In this document: positions 11,731-24,695 of the stretch, piece after piece
How the letters are laid out: the number at the start of each line of letters is the position of its first letter
Position numbering within the stretch: position 1 is the first letter of the stretch
Assembly (NCBI GenBank): GCA_030390025.1
Contig: CM059425.1
Location: 59,956,001 to 60,020,000 of the forward strand
Source: Squalus acanthias
Taxonomy: Eukaryota
DNA length: 64,000 bases
Direction: 5' to 3'
Program-made: the position numbers and the translations under genes
The notes under the pieces: generated by a model
The model's input: only the letters and a program-made list of their open reading frames with translations
Told to the model about the DNA's origin: nothing
Databases searched by the model: none

Positions 11731-12599
11731 TTTTAAATAAATCTGTTGGACTATAACCTGGTGTTGTGCGACTTCTCATTCATAAATAGAGGTACAGAGT
11801 ACAAAAGCAAGGAAGTTATGATGAACCTTTATAAAACACTGGTTCGGCCTCAACTGGAGTATTGGGTCCAATTCTGGGCACTGCACTTTAGGAAGGATGA
11901 AGGCCTTAGAGAGGGTGCAGAAAAGATGAGGGTGCAGGGATGAGGGACTTCAGTAACGTGGATAGACTGGAGAAGCTGGGGTTGTTCTCCTTAGAGCAGA
12001 GAAGGTTGAGAGGAGATTTGATAGAGGTGTTCAAAATCATGAGGGGTCTAGACAGAGTAGATAGAGAGAAACTGTTCCCGTTGGCAGAAGGGTCGAGAAC
12101 CAGAGGACACAGATTTAAGGTGATTGGCAGAAGAACCAAAGGCGACACGAGGAAAAACTTTTTTACGCAGCGAGTAGTTATGATCTGGAATGCACTGCCT
12201 GAAAGGGTGGTGGAGGCAGATTCAATCATGGCTTTCAAAAGGGAATTGAATAAGTACCTGAAGGAAAAAAATTTGCAGGGCTACGGGGAAAGGGCCTAGC
12301 TGAAGTGCTCTTGCAGAGAGCTGGCACGGGCTCGACGGGCCAAATGGCCTCCTTCTGTGCTGTAACCATTCTATGATTCTAAGTTACTTAAACTCGTAAG
12401 AATTCACAGATCGATTGGTTGTGGTAACAGTGGACAAAAGGCTTAGCATTATAAATCTTCAAGATGCAGGTTTTCCTGAAAGCCAGCAATATGCTTTAAC
12501 TTTTGCATCACCAACTACTTTAAGAGGTAAGTTATCACTCAGAAGCTTGGAGGGTCATTGGGAAAATTAAATATGACTAACAGAAATATCCTGTTTGAA

Positions 12600-13363
12600 A
12601 GTCTGGATTTAGCACACTTGCACCTGCTTGCACTGAAGGTGTGGTGTGTGCTGGTTGGCACGTTGCAGGATGGCTCATGGGCAGAGGGAGAGAGCGCACA
12701 GCTTGTCGGACACAGCACTGGAGGTCCAGAGGAGGAGGGATGTCCTGTACCCGCGGGGGGAAAGGACATCACGTCGCCCTCCTGTCCCTCTCTCCTGCAG
12801 CAGCTGGTGCTGCTCTGTCTGGCCTCATGTCCTCCTCCCATTCCTCATCCACACCAAGGGGGACCCCTAGTAAGATGCCCATGACCAAGCACTCCCTTTC
12901 TCCTGGTGACTCCTATAAAAGGTGTCCAATAAGGTGGGCAGCACAGCACTTACTCTTTTTAGGTGAAGTCCTCAGAGAATTTGCAGAATAAATGTTGCTC
13001 GAGTGTTGATGAAGTATTAACAAAGTGTCCCAGAAAGTCTCCCGATGTGTTTCAGAGGTCCTCGTCACAGCTCCAGCAGCAAGTGAACATGAAAAGGCGA
13101 GTATCCCTTTAAGTAGCGCTTGAAATCAACATCAACGCCATGTTTACTCCCAAGCAGCTGGTTGGTGTTAGGAGAGAGAGTTAAGATGAGCGCTAGCCAC
13201 CAAAATGCCGTGCAGCCTCTTTAATGAACGCTACCCAGCATTTTAAGTGGCAATCAGCCCCTTAATGAGCCTCCTGGCGGCCGTTCCTAGGGTAGGTGTC
13301 AACTTCCTTACCAAGATGGCATCTCGCTCTAAACCCCATTTGGTGCTGCCGAAAATTGCCCCC
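12600..13363. mobile_element. Probable internally deleted PIF/Harbinger DNA transposon remnant
   Basis: Plus-strand MAHGQRERAHSLSDTALEVQRRRDVLYP (from 12670) resembles a Myb/SANT-like N-terminus. A convergent short minus ORF lies at 12769-12882. The right end aaaattgccccc resembles the MITE TIRs elsewhere in the window; the left TIR was not found. Confidence 0.5.
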
Positions 13364-13706
13364 ATTGTCTCAAGTAATTTTGCTCCAATGGGATGAAAAT
13401 AATATATTACTCCTATGTGGAGGTTGAATATGTGAAAAATCAAATCTAAACAATATGGCCATGTAATTTTCAAGAACACTATAAATTTTACTTTGTCCTT
13501 TTCTAAAAACAAAATTCTTGCAGAATTAGATATGTTATTTCTGGGATGTACTGAAAATAAAATGATGGATTTAAAATACTGAATTGTTCAGGAGGAAAAT
13601 GGAAGCAAAAAAAACAACTCATGTTCTAGCTGCAGTTCTCAAACATAACATAAATAGTGTGTAAATATTTTGGTATTATTACTAATTCAGTTCTATATAG
13701 ATATTA

Positions 13707-13892
<186 letters not shown>

Positions 13893-14519
13893 CTACCCAA
13901 AATAAAAGAGAGAAGCGAAGAGAAGAAAAGCAAAAATTACAATATTTAGTAACTTGAGTAATGACAAAAATCAATACTTTAGTCTTAGCAAATGAGCTCT
14001 ATGGCTGGCCATTTCATTTCTTCTGGTTTGCACCAATAGGTTCAGAGAACAAGCATGCATGTGACACTTGGCTACTTGAATGGAGATGTATGGAAAATGC
14101 TTATTACTTAGATGTTCTTCCTATTGATTCTAGTAGGAGTAGGGATATGTCGACAAGACGACTTTTTTGGTCTGAAACAAGAGCTAATAAAGGACAGGTA
14201 CTATGCGGGACACAAATGGAGGCTTCTCAGTTATTCAGTGCAATGTAGTTATGGAAGGCAATGAAGGTAGATGTCGTGGGCATTTGTTCCTGGAAAAGGT
14301 CTCCAGCACTATGGACATTTTGAAGCCAAGCTGTGCAACTGATCAGCTGCCATAATGTTGCATCAACTGAGGTTGTTCCCACCAGACCAGCTTGCAACAT
14401 GGGGCAGTTGGAATGGCATACAAACCTTTTCAGTTTAAGCTGTACTACTGGTCGGGGGGCGGTCCGGAAGTCTGGGTTTGCCCGCACGCTATGGAGATTG
14501 ACAGGCTTGCCTTCCGGTT

Positions 14520-14850
14520 TTTGGAGGGGGGGGGGGTGTGGGGTGGGGCAGAAGCACTCTAGAAGAGGCTGCAGATCTGCCCGGGGGGGGGGGGGGGGGG
14601 GGTAGGTGGTCTGGTGAAGCCAGGAGGAAGCACTCCTACACCTCCCGCCCACAGGGAGTGCTCCCCGAGGCTGTCCTCACCTCGCTGCAGTTGCTGGGAT
14701 TCCCGAGGCGTTGGGGGAGAAGGCGCTGGGGGGGAAGGGGGCGCGGAGGAGTTGGGGAGGCGGGCGGAGGAGTGGGGGGAAAGGGCGGGCGGAGGAGTGG
14801 GGGGGGGGAAGTGGGGGAAAGGGGAAGGAGGAGTAGAGGAAAGGGGAAGA
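14520..14850 (+). repeat. G-rich low-complexity tract
   Basis: Multiple G runs, including about 21 consecutive G from 14583. Confidence 0.8.
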
Positions 14851-17115
14851 TTGTGGGAAAGTTGCAGAAGCTATGCTACGTAAGGTTGTGTCCAGATTCC
14901 ATTTTGTACTGTGTACTTCATTTAGTGGTTAAAAGACGGTTTCTGCATTGAATGCTGAGACAAGTAGTATCTGGAAAAAGATAGCAGATTGGGAATGCTC
15001 AACCAATTCTACTTTTCAGCTTGGAAAATTGCCTGAAGTTTTGCCATTTAACTATAAATATTAATATAAATTAAACTAAGATATTAAAATTGCAATAGAA
15101 TGTTTGATTTTAAAATGGAGACTGAATTATGTCTATGCGCTCTGGTGCAATTATCCTTCATCCTCTAACCCAGCTTCTCCTGAAGACCACGCAGGGTCTT
15201 GACTCAGTGTACGCTACCACAGATGATCAAGTAGTATATTTTATTTATTGTAAATCCTTCAGTAAAGCATTTTAAAGTTTTCACATTCTTACTCAAATGA
15301 TCTGATCACAACTTACAGCGCACACACTCCACTTTCCTACTTCTGCTTGTATACCCAGCTACCCCTCCCAGGTGGTTATTCTACAGCATTGTTCAGGCAA
15401 TACCAATGCTGTATTCAATTCTTATTTTGTTTCAACATTTTCCCATCTTTCCCTTTTTGTATGCATCCGAGTCCTGTTGTTATCTATTTGGCTTGACTGT
15501 GTAGAAGCATATGTTCTTCTGTGCTTCAAATAGTACTTAAGCAAATATTTGGTTTTCAAGCATGACTTTTTCTGCATAACCCCAAAATTCATTGTACTAT
15601 AAACTGGGTTCTTTTGCTATTGGCAAAGATTTTCCTTTCCTGACTGCAGACTATCTAACCCAATTAGATGTATTAAACGAATTATTGAGGTCAACCAGTT
15701 ATGATCCAATATTACACTTCAGCTACTGCTTGTTAAGATATCCAGTGAATAGATCATCACCTCCAAAGATGTATGTTTGGGTGAAAGAGGGGACAGCCTA
15801 ATGATACCCTATCATTCATTCGTTACAGAATACAAGTTTGAAGATTCAAAGTAGGACAAAGCTTCAACTCAATAGAATTTATTAAATTCTGTAAAAAAGA
15901 AATACCAATACAGATGGCCATTTACAACAGTACAATGGGGGTGGGGTGAAATGTTCCCACAGCATATTTACATGTACTTGCTTTCCTACTATATTAAATT
16001 ACCTTAAATGCACATTCAGGCTGCTCATCAGATTAGACAATCCATCCAATTATTGCTCAATTCCTATATTATAGTAGATTCCCGTAATGAAAGTATAACC
16101 AAGAAAGATTCAGAAAAACCTAATTTTTTCAAATACTGCCAGAATAGCAAAATGATAAATCAAATCACTGACAGTCAGATGTTTCAATGCCTTAAGCAGA
16201 TGGTGTTGTTCAATGAATGTGGTTGAATGCTATAAAACCAAAGTATGCAAAATAATAGCAGCCACACAGAGAATAAAATAAAATGGATTCTATTTAATAC
16301 AGGAAACTCTGACCCCCAGTTTTTAAAAATCATAATTCTCATAGGCACAAGTGCATTGTAGCAGCATTGATATACATTAAATGAAGAAAAGCACTGGCCC
16401 ATGCAATACTTTCATTTCATTTTTGTTGACAGCATGATATATTTAATTTTCAGTATTCTTGCGCTGCATGGTCCTGTATAATACTGAATTTCTCAAAGAC
16501 AATAATTAAGCCACATACTTTTTTCCTGAAAAAGCTGCATATTCCATTTCAAACAGCAGTGGAGATGTCATTTCAAAATCTGATCTTAAAATAGAATCTT
16601 GAATGCAATTTCTAAAAGATGAATTACTGACTTCTGCAGTATTACTGGGAAGTGGTGAAATTCAAATTGAGATTAGACACTTCCTCCAAGAGGAAAATAT
16701 AACTAATGTACGTCCTAGGACTCTAGTTTCAGTGCAGTGTAAAGAAAGGCCTGGTAGTAGGTTGTCTGCCAGGTGCGTACTTACGTGCGCATGTGTGTTA
16801 GTACAATAAAATATGTATGAATGTATGTATAATTGAACAATTAAGGAAGCAAATTGTTGAAATAACTTTAGGGCACAAAACTTGCCTATTGATTGAAAAT
16901 AATTATGCCATGGAGTAATGTGTAGAGTGGAGGTTTCAGTCTCCACATTTGTGCTGAAAGCTACATTCTTCAATCTTTATATTCTGAGGCAGTGTTTGCA
17001 CAGTATACAGTATTCTAAATATTTTGATAAAAAAATCTTTCGCCATATTTGCTAAAGAAAAACAGTTAGCTGCTGATTTTCTATAGACTGTGCTAGTAAG
17101 CCCTTATAAATACAG

Positions 17116-17208
17116 TTCTAATGAAAGGTTCATCGACCTGAAACGTTAACTCTTGTTTCTCTCCACAGATGCTGCCTGACCTGCTGAGTATTTCCAGCAT
17201 TTTCTGTT
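17116..17208 (+). mobile_element. Short Penelope-associated hammerhead repeat, single arm
   Basis: ctaatgaaaggttcatcgacctgaaacgttaac (core mutated to CUAAUGA), followed by the family body. Confidence 0.75.
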
Positions 17209-17349
17209 AAGAAAGTAATGCATGCTTGATCTTTGTGGGGGAAGAGGTAACCAAAGGCTTAGTTAAACTGATGCTTTTAAGGAGGCTTTTAAAGGTGGAG
17301 AAAAGTAGAAAGGTGGAGGTTTTTAGTGAATTCTAAAGGGTTGAGGTGA

Positions 17350-18105
17350 GGGACAGTGATTGAGCACTTGGGCAAATATGAACTGAAAAGAGAGAGCCAG
17401 CATGGATTTGTAAAGGGTAAGTCATGTCTAACGAAACTAGATGATTTTTTTTTTTTTTTTTTTTTTGAGGTCACCAATGTGGTAGGTAAAAGAGTGCTTA
17501 TGGATGTTATTTATATGGACTTCCAGAAGGCATTCGGTAAGGTTCCACACAAGAAACTGTTAGCAAAAATAGAAGCACATGGAATTGGAGGCAACCTTTT
17601 GACATGGGTAGGGATTTGGTTAGGAGGTAAGAGACAGAGAGTAGGGATAATGGGTATATACTCCAATTGGCAGAATGTGACTAATGGTGTCCCCACAGGT
17701 TCTGTACTGGGGCCTCAGATTTTCACTATTTATAAATGACTTAGATGAAGGAAGAGAGAGCTGTATACCAAAATTTGCTGACAACACTAAGTTAGGTGAC
17801 ACATTGAGTACTGTAGATGGGAGCAGAAAGTTGCAAAGGGACATTGATAGATTAGGTGAGTGGGCAAAACTGTGGCAGATGGAGTTCAACATGGGGAAGT
17901 GCGAGGTCATCCACTTTGGACTGAAGAAAGATAGATCAGAGTATTTTCTAAATGGCGAGAAGCTAGGAACTATGGAGTAGCAGAGAGATTTAGGGGTCCA
18001 TGTACAGAAATCATTAAAACCAGTGGACAAGTATAAAAAATGTAAAAGGCTAATGGAATTTTAGTCATCATCTCAAAGGGGCTGGAATATAAAGGGGTGG
18101 AATAT
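17350..18105 (+). mobile_element. CR1 LINE RT fragment
   Basis: SQHGFVKGKSCLT, YMDFQKAF, GVPTGSVLGP, FADNTKL. Confidence 0.88.
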
Positions 18106-18377
18106 AGGGAATCGTAGATATAACCTTTGCAGGTCTGCCTATCCACTTAAGACATTAGGACAACACAAAAGTGAAGAGACAATTTTATTTTTTGTAGTGG
18201 TCTTTCCTCTTGATTAACACATTTCAACAATTGTAGTAGGCTACTACACAGATGTTAACTGATAGCCATTTTGAGCACCAGTGAGTCTGGTTCCTAAAAA
18301 TGATGGCAGTGAGAGAGATTATTAATCAACTTGATCGATTCTGACAATTTCTTAGCCAGACTGGGACAGATGATCTT

Positions 18378-20270
18378 ATTTTTTATTCGTTTATGGGATG
18401 TGGGATCGCTGGCAAGGCCAGCATTTATTGCCCATCCCTAATTGCCCTTGAGAAGGTGGTGGTGAGCCGCCTTCTTGAACCGCTGCAGTCCGTGTGGTGA
18501 AGGTACTCCCACAGTGCTGATAGGTAGGGAGTTCCAGGATTTTAACCCAGCAACGATGAAGGATCGGCGATGTACTTCTAAGTCAGGATGGTGTGTGACT
18601 TGGAGGGGAACTTGGAGGTAGTGGTGTTCCCATGCGCCTGCTGCCCTTGTCCTTCTAGGTGGAAGAGGTCGCGGGTTTGGGTGGTGCTGCTGAAGAAGCC
18701 TTGGCGAGTTGCTGCAGTGCATCTTGTAGATGGTACACACTGCAGCCACGGTACGTTGGTGGTGGAGGGAGTGAATGTTTAAGGTGGTGGATGGGGTGCC
18801 AATCAAGCGGGCTGCTTTGTCCTGGATGGCGTCAAGCTTCTTGAGTGTTGTTGGAGCTGCACTCATCCAGGCAAGTGGAGAGTATTCCATCACACTCCTT
18901 ACTTGTGCCTTGTAGATGCTGGAAAGGCTTTAGGGAGTTAGGAGGTAAGACACTCGCCGCAGAATATCTAGCCTCTGACCTGCTCTTGTTGCCACAGTAT
19001 TTATGAGGCTGGTCCAGTTAAGTTTCTACTCAATGGTGACCCCCAGGATGTTGATGGTGGGGGATTCGGCGATGGTAATGCCGTTGAATGTCAAGGTGAG
19101 GTGGTTAGACTCTCGCCTGTTGGAGATAGTCATTGCCTGGCACTTCTGTGGCGCGAATGTTACCTGCCACTTATCAGCCCAAGCCTGAACGTCGTCCAGG
19201 TCTTGTTGCATGCGGGCATGAACTGCTTCCTTATCTGAGGAGTTGTGAATGGTGCTGAACACTGTGCAGTCATCAGCGAACATCCCCATTTCTGACCTTA
19301 TGTTGGAGGGAAGGTCATTGATGAAGCAGCTGAAGATGGTTGGGCCTAGGACACTGCCCTGAGGAACTGATGCAGCGATGTCCTGGGGCTATGATTGACC
19401 TTAAACCACCACGACCATCTTCCTTTGTGCTAGGTATGACTCCAGCCAGTGGAGCATTTCCCCTCCCTCCCCCGATTCCCATTGACTTCAGTTTTACTAG
19501 GGCTCCTTGATGCCACACTCGGTCAAATGCTGCCTTAATGTCAAGGGCAGTCACTTTCACCTCACCTCTGGAATTCAGCTCCTTTGTCCATGTTTGGACC
19601 AAGGCTGTAATGAGGTCGGGAGCCATGAGGTCGGGAGCAGAGTAGTCTTGGCGGAACCCAAACTGGGCATTCGTGAGCAGGTTTTTGGTGAGTAAGTGCT
19701 GCTTGATAGCACTGTCGATGACACCTTTCATCACTTTGCTGATGATTAAGAGTAGACTGATGGGGCGGTAATTGGCTGGGTTGGATTTGTCCTGCTTTTT
19801 GTGGACATGACATACCTGGGCAGTTTTCCATATTGTCGGATAGATGCCAGTGTTGTAGCTGTAGTGGAACAGCTTGGCTAGAGGCGCGGTTAGTTCTGGA
19901 GCACAAGTCTTCAGCACAATAGCCAGGATATTGCCAGGGCCCATAGCCTTTGCTGTATCCAATGCGCACAGCCGTTTCTTGATATCATGTGGAGTGAATC
20001 GAATTGGCTGAAGACTGGCTTCGGTGATGGTGGGGGCCTCAGGAGTAGGCCGATATGGATCATCCACTCGGCACTTCTGTCTGAAGATGGTTGCAAATGC
20101 TTCAGCCTTGTCTTTTGCACTCACGTGCTGTGCTCCACCATCATTGAGGATGGGGATATTCATGGAACCTCCTCCTCCTGTTAGTTGTTTAATGGTCCAC
20201 TACCATTCGCGAATGGATATGGCAGGACTGCAGAGCTTTGATCTGATCCGTTGATTGTGGGATCGCTTAG
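18378..20270 (-). mobile_element. Divergent CR1/L2-group LINE, 5'-truncated RT region plus 3' tail
   Basis: NYRPISLL, QFGFRQ, ALDIKAAFDRVWH, MFADD, MEYSPLAWMSAA; tail gggcaattagggatgggcaataaatgctggcc..aataaaaaa. Confidence 0.88.
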
Positions 20271-21166
20271 ATCTTCTGTCGCCAATGCCACTTTTTAAAT
20301 GGATCATTTGGCTTGAGCTCAACCCAAGGTAAAGATAATCAAATTTTCCTTTCCTCACAGGAAAAAGGTGCTTGGCCTGTTCAAATGATTCTCCAAACAG
20401 CCATGGTAAGATTTAAAATATATGTGTGGGGAATTGTGGTTGTGGTGTCCTACTGCTCATGGCAGTGTGCAGATAGAATACTGGTAATTTTAATGCCCTC
20501 TACCATTTTGAGCACTCTCAATTAAAATTTTCCACTGCAATCTAAATAGAACTTAATTGGTGCCACCTCAGAACCACTACTCTCAACCAAGATCATGTCC
20601 AGATAGAAGGAAAGTGGGAATGACGGTACATGAACAATCGGTGTTTGGTTCCTGAATATTCTTTGAGCATTTTTCTCCACAAACCAGTGTAGTATTTAAT
20701 TCTTTCCTATCCCCAAGATCGAGGGGCTTCCATTTTTTCTAATGGGAACTGACATGGCCCTTCAAGTTGTGAGGGTGAGGAGGGTAGGGAGGCAGAATTA
20801 ATGAACTCCATACTACCATACTTACTTTGCAGATACAGCACATTATTACACAATTGATAATAGCTAAAATAGCTCACCTATGTGGATGAAATTTTAGAGA
20901 AATCCAAAGTAGGAACAGTCAAAATAATGAATTTTAAAATAAGTTTACGAGAATTTTTAACAGATGATTTCATAACAACAGCAACAAGCAATAACCAATT
21001 GGTACATCATCCAATTTCATAACCAGAGATACCTAATTGCAAAGCGACATTGACGTAAAATAAAGTTGGTACTTAACTGAGAATTTGTTTAAATATAATG
21101 AATTTACTAATTTAAAAAATGTAATGTTATAAGAATATGTAGCTACATATTTATTGTACACCATAC

Positions 21167-21322
21167 CTTTTTTGTTAAAGAGTCATCTGAATCAGAAGGC
21201 ATTCTTGTAGATACATGAAACATTACTTCTACGGTAGAGGTAGCAAAATATGGAGTTGAGAGTCCAGTGCTTTTATTTCTTTGTAGTCCACCCATGAAGC
21301 CACAATGATTAGTAAGGTTAAC
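21167..21322 (-). CDS. RALGAPA1: RALGAPA1 coding exon (GAP domain): [52 protein letters not shown]
   Basis: ttgtttaag|GTT ... AAG|gtatgg, 156 nt, phase 0/0. Contains the FHVSTRMP motif. Confidence 0.95.
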
Positions 21323-22304
21323 CTTAAACAATAATAAATGAGAATACGAATAAGAAAACCAAGTCTAACAATAACATGGATATGCATTGTATATCTATTT
21401 GCTGAGACCAGAGAATGCTAAATGGCATAAGCATACATTACAATTGTTAGTAAATATTTGTGCACTACTTCAGACTTTTGAGATAATTAAGTTCCTAAGT
21501 GACATACGTTTAATAATATGCTGACCCATTTAGGATTTTTTTTGTATATTAGGTGGCATAACATTATGCAGCTGGAGTTAACTGGAATGATGGGCGTTTA
21601 TGAAATCAATACTGGTTGTGCCAACAGCAAGTCAGATATTTCCCATAACCTAATGCAATTTCCAATGACTCTGCTTCACTTCAGAAAGAAGGTTTTCAGA
21701 AGAAAGTGGAAGAGAGATAGCCCGGCGACAACAATGGAAGCCAGTTGTTATGACGAATATACTGGCTCCATTCTCAGTGTCTTGCAGCAGAGGATTCCCT
21801 GGCACTAATGCAATACAGCAACTATACCGTAAACCATCAGAGGGCCCAGAGAAGCCAAATGTTTCTGCTCTGGTGTCACATGAATGACGTAGCTGATGTC
21901 CCAGTCAATGCTTTGGAGCTACTCTGTTGCAGAAACCTGTGCATGTCCTAGGAACTGTTAACTTGGAGTTTTTTTCTGACCAGAGTGCTTTTGTTTCTTA
22001 TGGGATGATGACAGGGGCTTTGAGCTCATTTGGAGTACTTTAAGAAAATCTTCTGCAATACAGACTAAAGATTGTTTTCTAATGTTTAAGCTATTTGAGA
22101 AGAAATTAAAGTGAAACTAATGGCTCTGCCTCATATTAGGTTGGATTGGAAATCAGTAAGGTCAATATAACCATCATCTTAAATGTTACATTTTTTTCAC
22201 ATGGCAACAGCACTGGCCAATCTCCAAACATGAAAGACTGATAAGAGTCGTTGAACCTACAGGAGGTGGAAGGAGGGAACAATGGAGGGAGAATGGATGG
22301 GTAT

Positions 22305-23070
22305 ATTTATGGAGAACCTTTTAGCTCTTAGGACACCTCAAAGTGCTTCACAGATAAGAACACAAGAACATAAGAATTAGGAGCAGGAGTAGGCCATACG
22401 GCCCATTCAATAAGATCATGGCTAATCTTTGACCTCAACTCCACTTTCCCGCCCGATCCCCATATCCCTTGATTCCTCTAGAGTCCAAAAATCTAACTAT
22501 CTCAGCCTTGAATATACTCAACAACAGAGTATCCACAGCTCTTTGGGGCAGAGAATTCCAAAGATTCACAACCCTCTGAATGAAGAAATTCCTCCTCATC
22601 TCAGTCTTAAAAGACTGACCCCTTATCCTGAGACTATGACCCCTATTTCTAGACTCTCCAGCCAGGGGAAACAATCTCTCAGCATCTATCCTGCCAATCC
22701 CCCTCAGATAATCAATTACTTTTGAACTACAGTCACTGTTGTTATGCAGGGAAACATGGCAGCCAATGTTTGTACAGCAAGGTCCCACAAACAGGAAGCA
22801 AGATTAATAGCCATTAAACTATTTTTGGTGGTCTTGATTGAGGTAGGAATGTTGGCCTGGATACTGGGAGGATTGTCTGCTCTTCTTCAAACAGTGCCAG
22901 TTTTACATCCACCTGAATAGGCTGCTGTTTAACATCTCATCTAAAAGTGAGCATCTCCAACAATGCAGCAGTCCCAGTACTACACTGAGGCGTCAGCCTA
23001 TGTATTTAAATCCTGGAGTGCAGCTCGAACCCTCATCCTTCTGACTCGAGGCAAGAGTGCTACTAACTGA
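22305..23070 (-). mobile_element. Deu-domain-like SINE (22305-22356 and 22707-23070) interrupted by a CR1 3' fragment (22357-22706)
   Basis: The SINE parts align by eye with the copy at 58195-58619; the CR1 part encodes LRIRGQSFKTEMRRNFF. Confidence 0.7.
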
Positions 23071-23331
23071 AAATAGTGAACCAGATTACAAGTTTAAACA
23101 GTGATAAAAACTTACCAACTAACTTACTCCAAGAAAGTAATTAAAAAACAGAAAAATTGAGGAAAATTTAAAATACGGTCCCATAATGTATGAACTTTTC
23201 CCACATGATCTTGCTACACTTTCTCGACTACAGCAGAAAATGTACTTACTGCTGTAAAATATTAAGGAATTTAAAAACATATTTTTCAATGTTGAAATGC
23301 CTAATTTGTTCAATTTTATTCAGAGGTGTTA

Positions 23332-23565
<234 letters not shown>

Positions 23566-24295
23566 TCATTTCAAACAATAGAATATTGGATCACCCACTT
23601 TTTGCACGATCCTCCAGATTCGCTAAATGATTCAGCTGCCACAGATAGTCAAAACAACCGTCACCAAAACAAGGGAAAACTATTGGGACATTATGCCCTT
23701 CAAAAATGTGGAGTCACGACTCATCCTCCTGCACCTATGGCTTGGTTTGTTATTGCACTTTAATTCCTTTAAGGGAGTAATGGTACAGACACCAAGTTGA
23801 AACGGGGGGGGGGGGGGAGAAACACACACATAGACATATGCACTGGCCAGAGAGAATTGAAGGGGGCATGGGAGTTTTGTATGTGAAAGTTGAATTATTT
23901 TCAAAGAATGAAGAATATCATCCAAAAATTAGGTAAACTAGCAATTTTCTACACTCAAAGAAATGAATTTTGTCTAAATAGTATGATAACTGGTAGAAAA
24001 CTCTACTTAACACTGAAGTCAACTTGGAGCAGAAAAGAACTTGCCGCTTTGCATTTTCCAATCAAGACAATACTACCTCACAGAAATACATAAAAAGTTA
24101 GTCCATGTAGCTAGTTTACAGTTAAGAGTCAAGATAAACTTTGGTTATATTTGTCCAAAAAATGATCAGAGACAAGAATGAGACTATATGGTAATGTTTT
24201 TTTGACCAGCTAATGAGTAACAGAAAGATAAACCTTCCATTATTGCTTTTGTTATTTACTGCTCAGTAATGGGTCTACACAATGTTTTATTACTG

Positions 24296-24390
24296 AATGA
24301 AACAACTTACATTCATATAGCGCCTTTAACATAGTAAAATGTCCCAAGGTGCTTCACAGGAGCATTATCAAACAAAATTTGACACCAAAC
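24296..24390 (-). mobile_element. L2 3' tail fragment
   Basis: caacttacattcatatagcgcctttaac..cccaaggtgcttcacagg, the same tail as at 26462 and 55170. Confidence 0.65.
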
Positions 24391-24459
24391 AGCTGTTTGG
24401 GTCTTCCTTGGTTCCACCAACTTATAAAGCCAAAGCTTTACAAGCATCAGCAAACACTA

Positions 24460-24695
24460 ATACAAAAGCAAAATATTGCAGATGCTGGAAATCTGAAATA
24501 AAAACAGAAAATGCTGGAAATGCTCAGCAGGTCAGGCAGCATCTGTAGAGAGAGAGAAACAGAGTTAACGTTTCAGGTCGATGACCCCTTGTCAGAACTG
24601 ACGAAGGGTCATCGACCTGAAACCGTAACTCTGTTTCTCTCACTACAGATGCTGCCTGACCTGAGTATTTCCAGCATTTTCTGTTTTTATTTCAG
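24460..24695. mobile_element. Palindromic non-coding Penelope-associated element with a hammerhead motif on each strand
   Basis: Inverted arms meet near 24596. Plus-strand CUGACGA-AGGGUC-AUC-GACCU-GAAA at 24598-24622. TSD-like tcagcaaacacta (24447-24459) / tcagcaaacgcta (24692-24704). Confidence 0.82.

Larger units (their letters stand above)
10495..11778 (+). mobile_element. Penelope-like retroelement (5'-truncated) with inverted pseudo-LTRs
   Basis: 12-bp TSD ttcataaataga (10483-10494 / 11779-11790). Inverted arms at 10530-10794 and 11516-11780, a 35-nt extra tail at 10495-10529, and an internal GIY-YIG ORF. Confidence 0.92.
9967..12381 (+). mobile_element. CR1 LINE 3' part, split by the Penelope-like insertion (CR1 = 9967-10494 and 11779-12381)
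   Basis: The RT frame ..KKAYEILGFINR| resumes as FINRGTEYKSKEVM after the insert; CR1 tail at 12330-12381. Confidence 0.92.
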
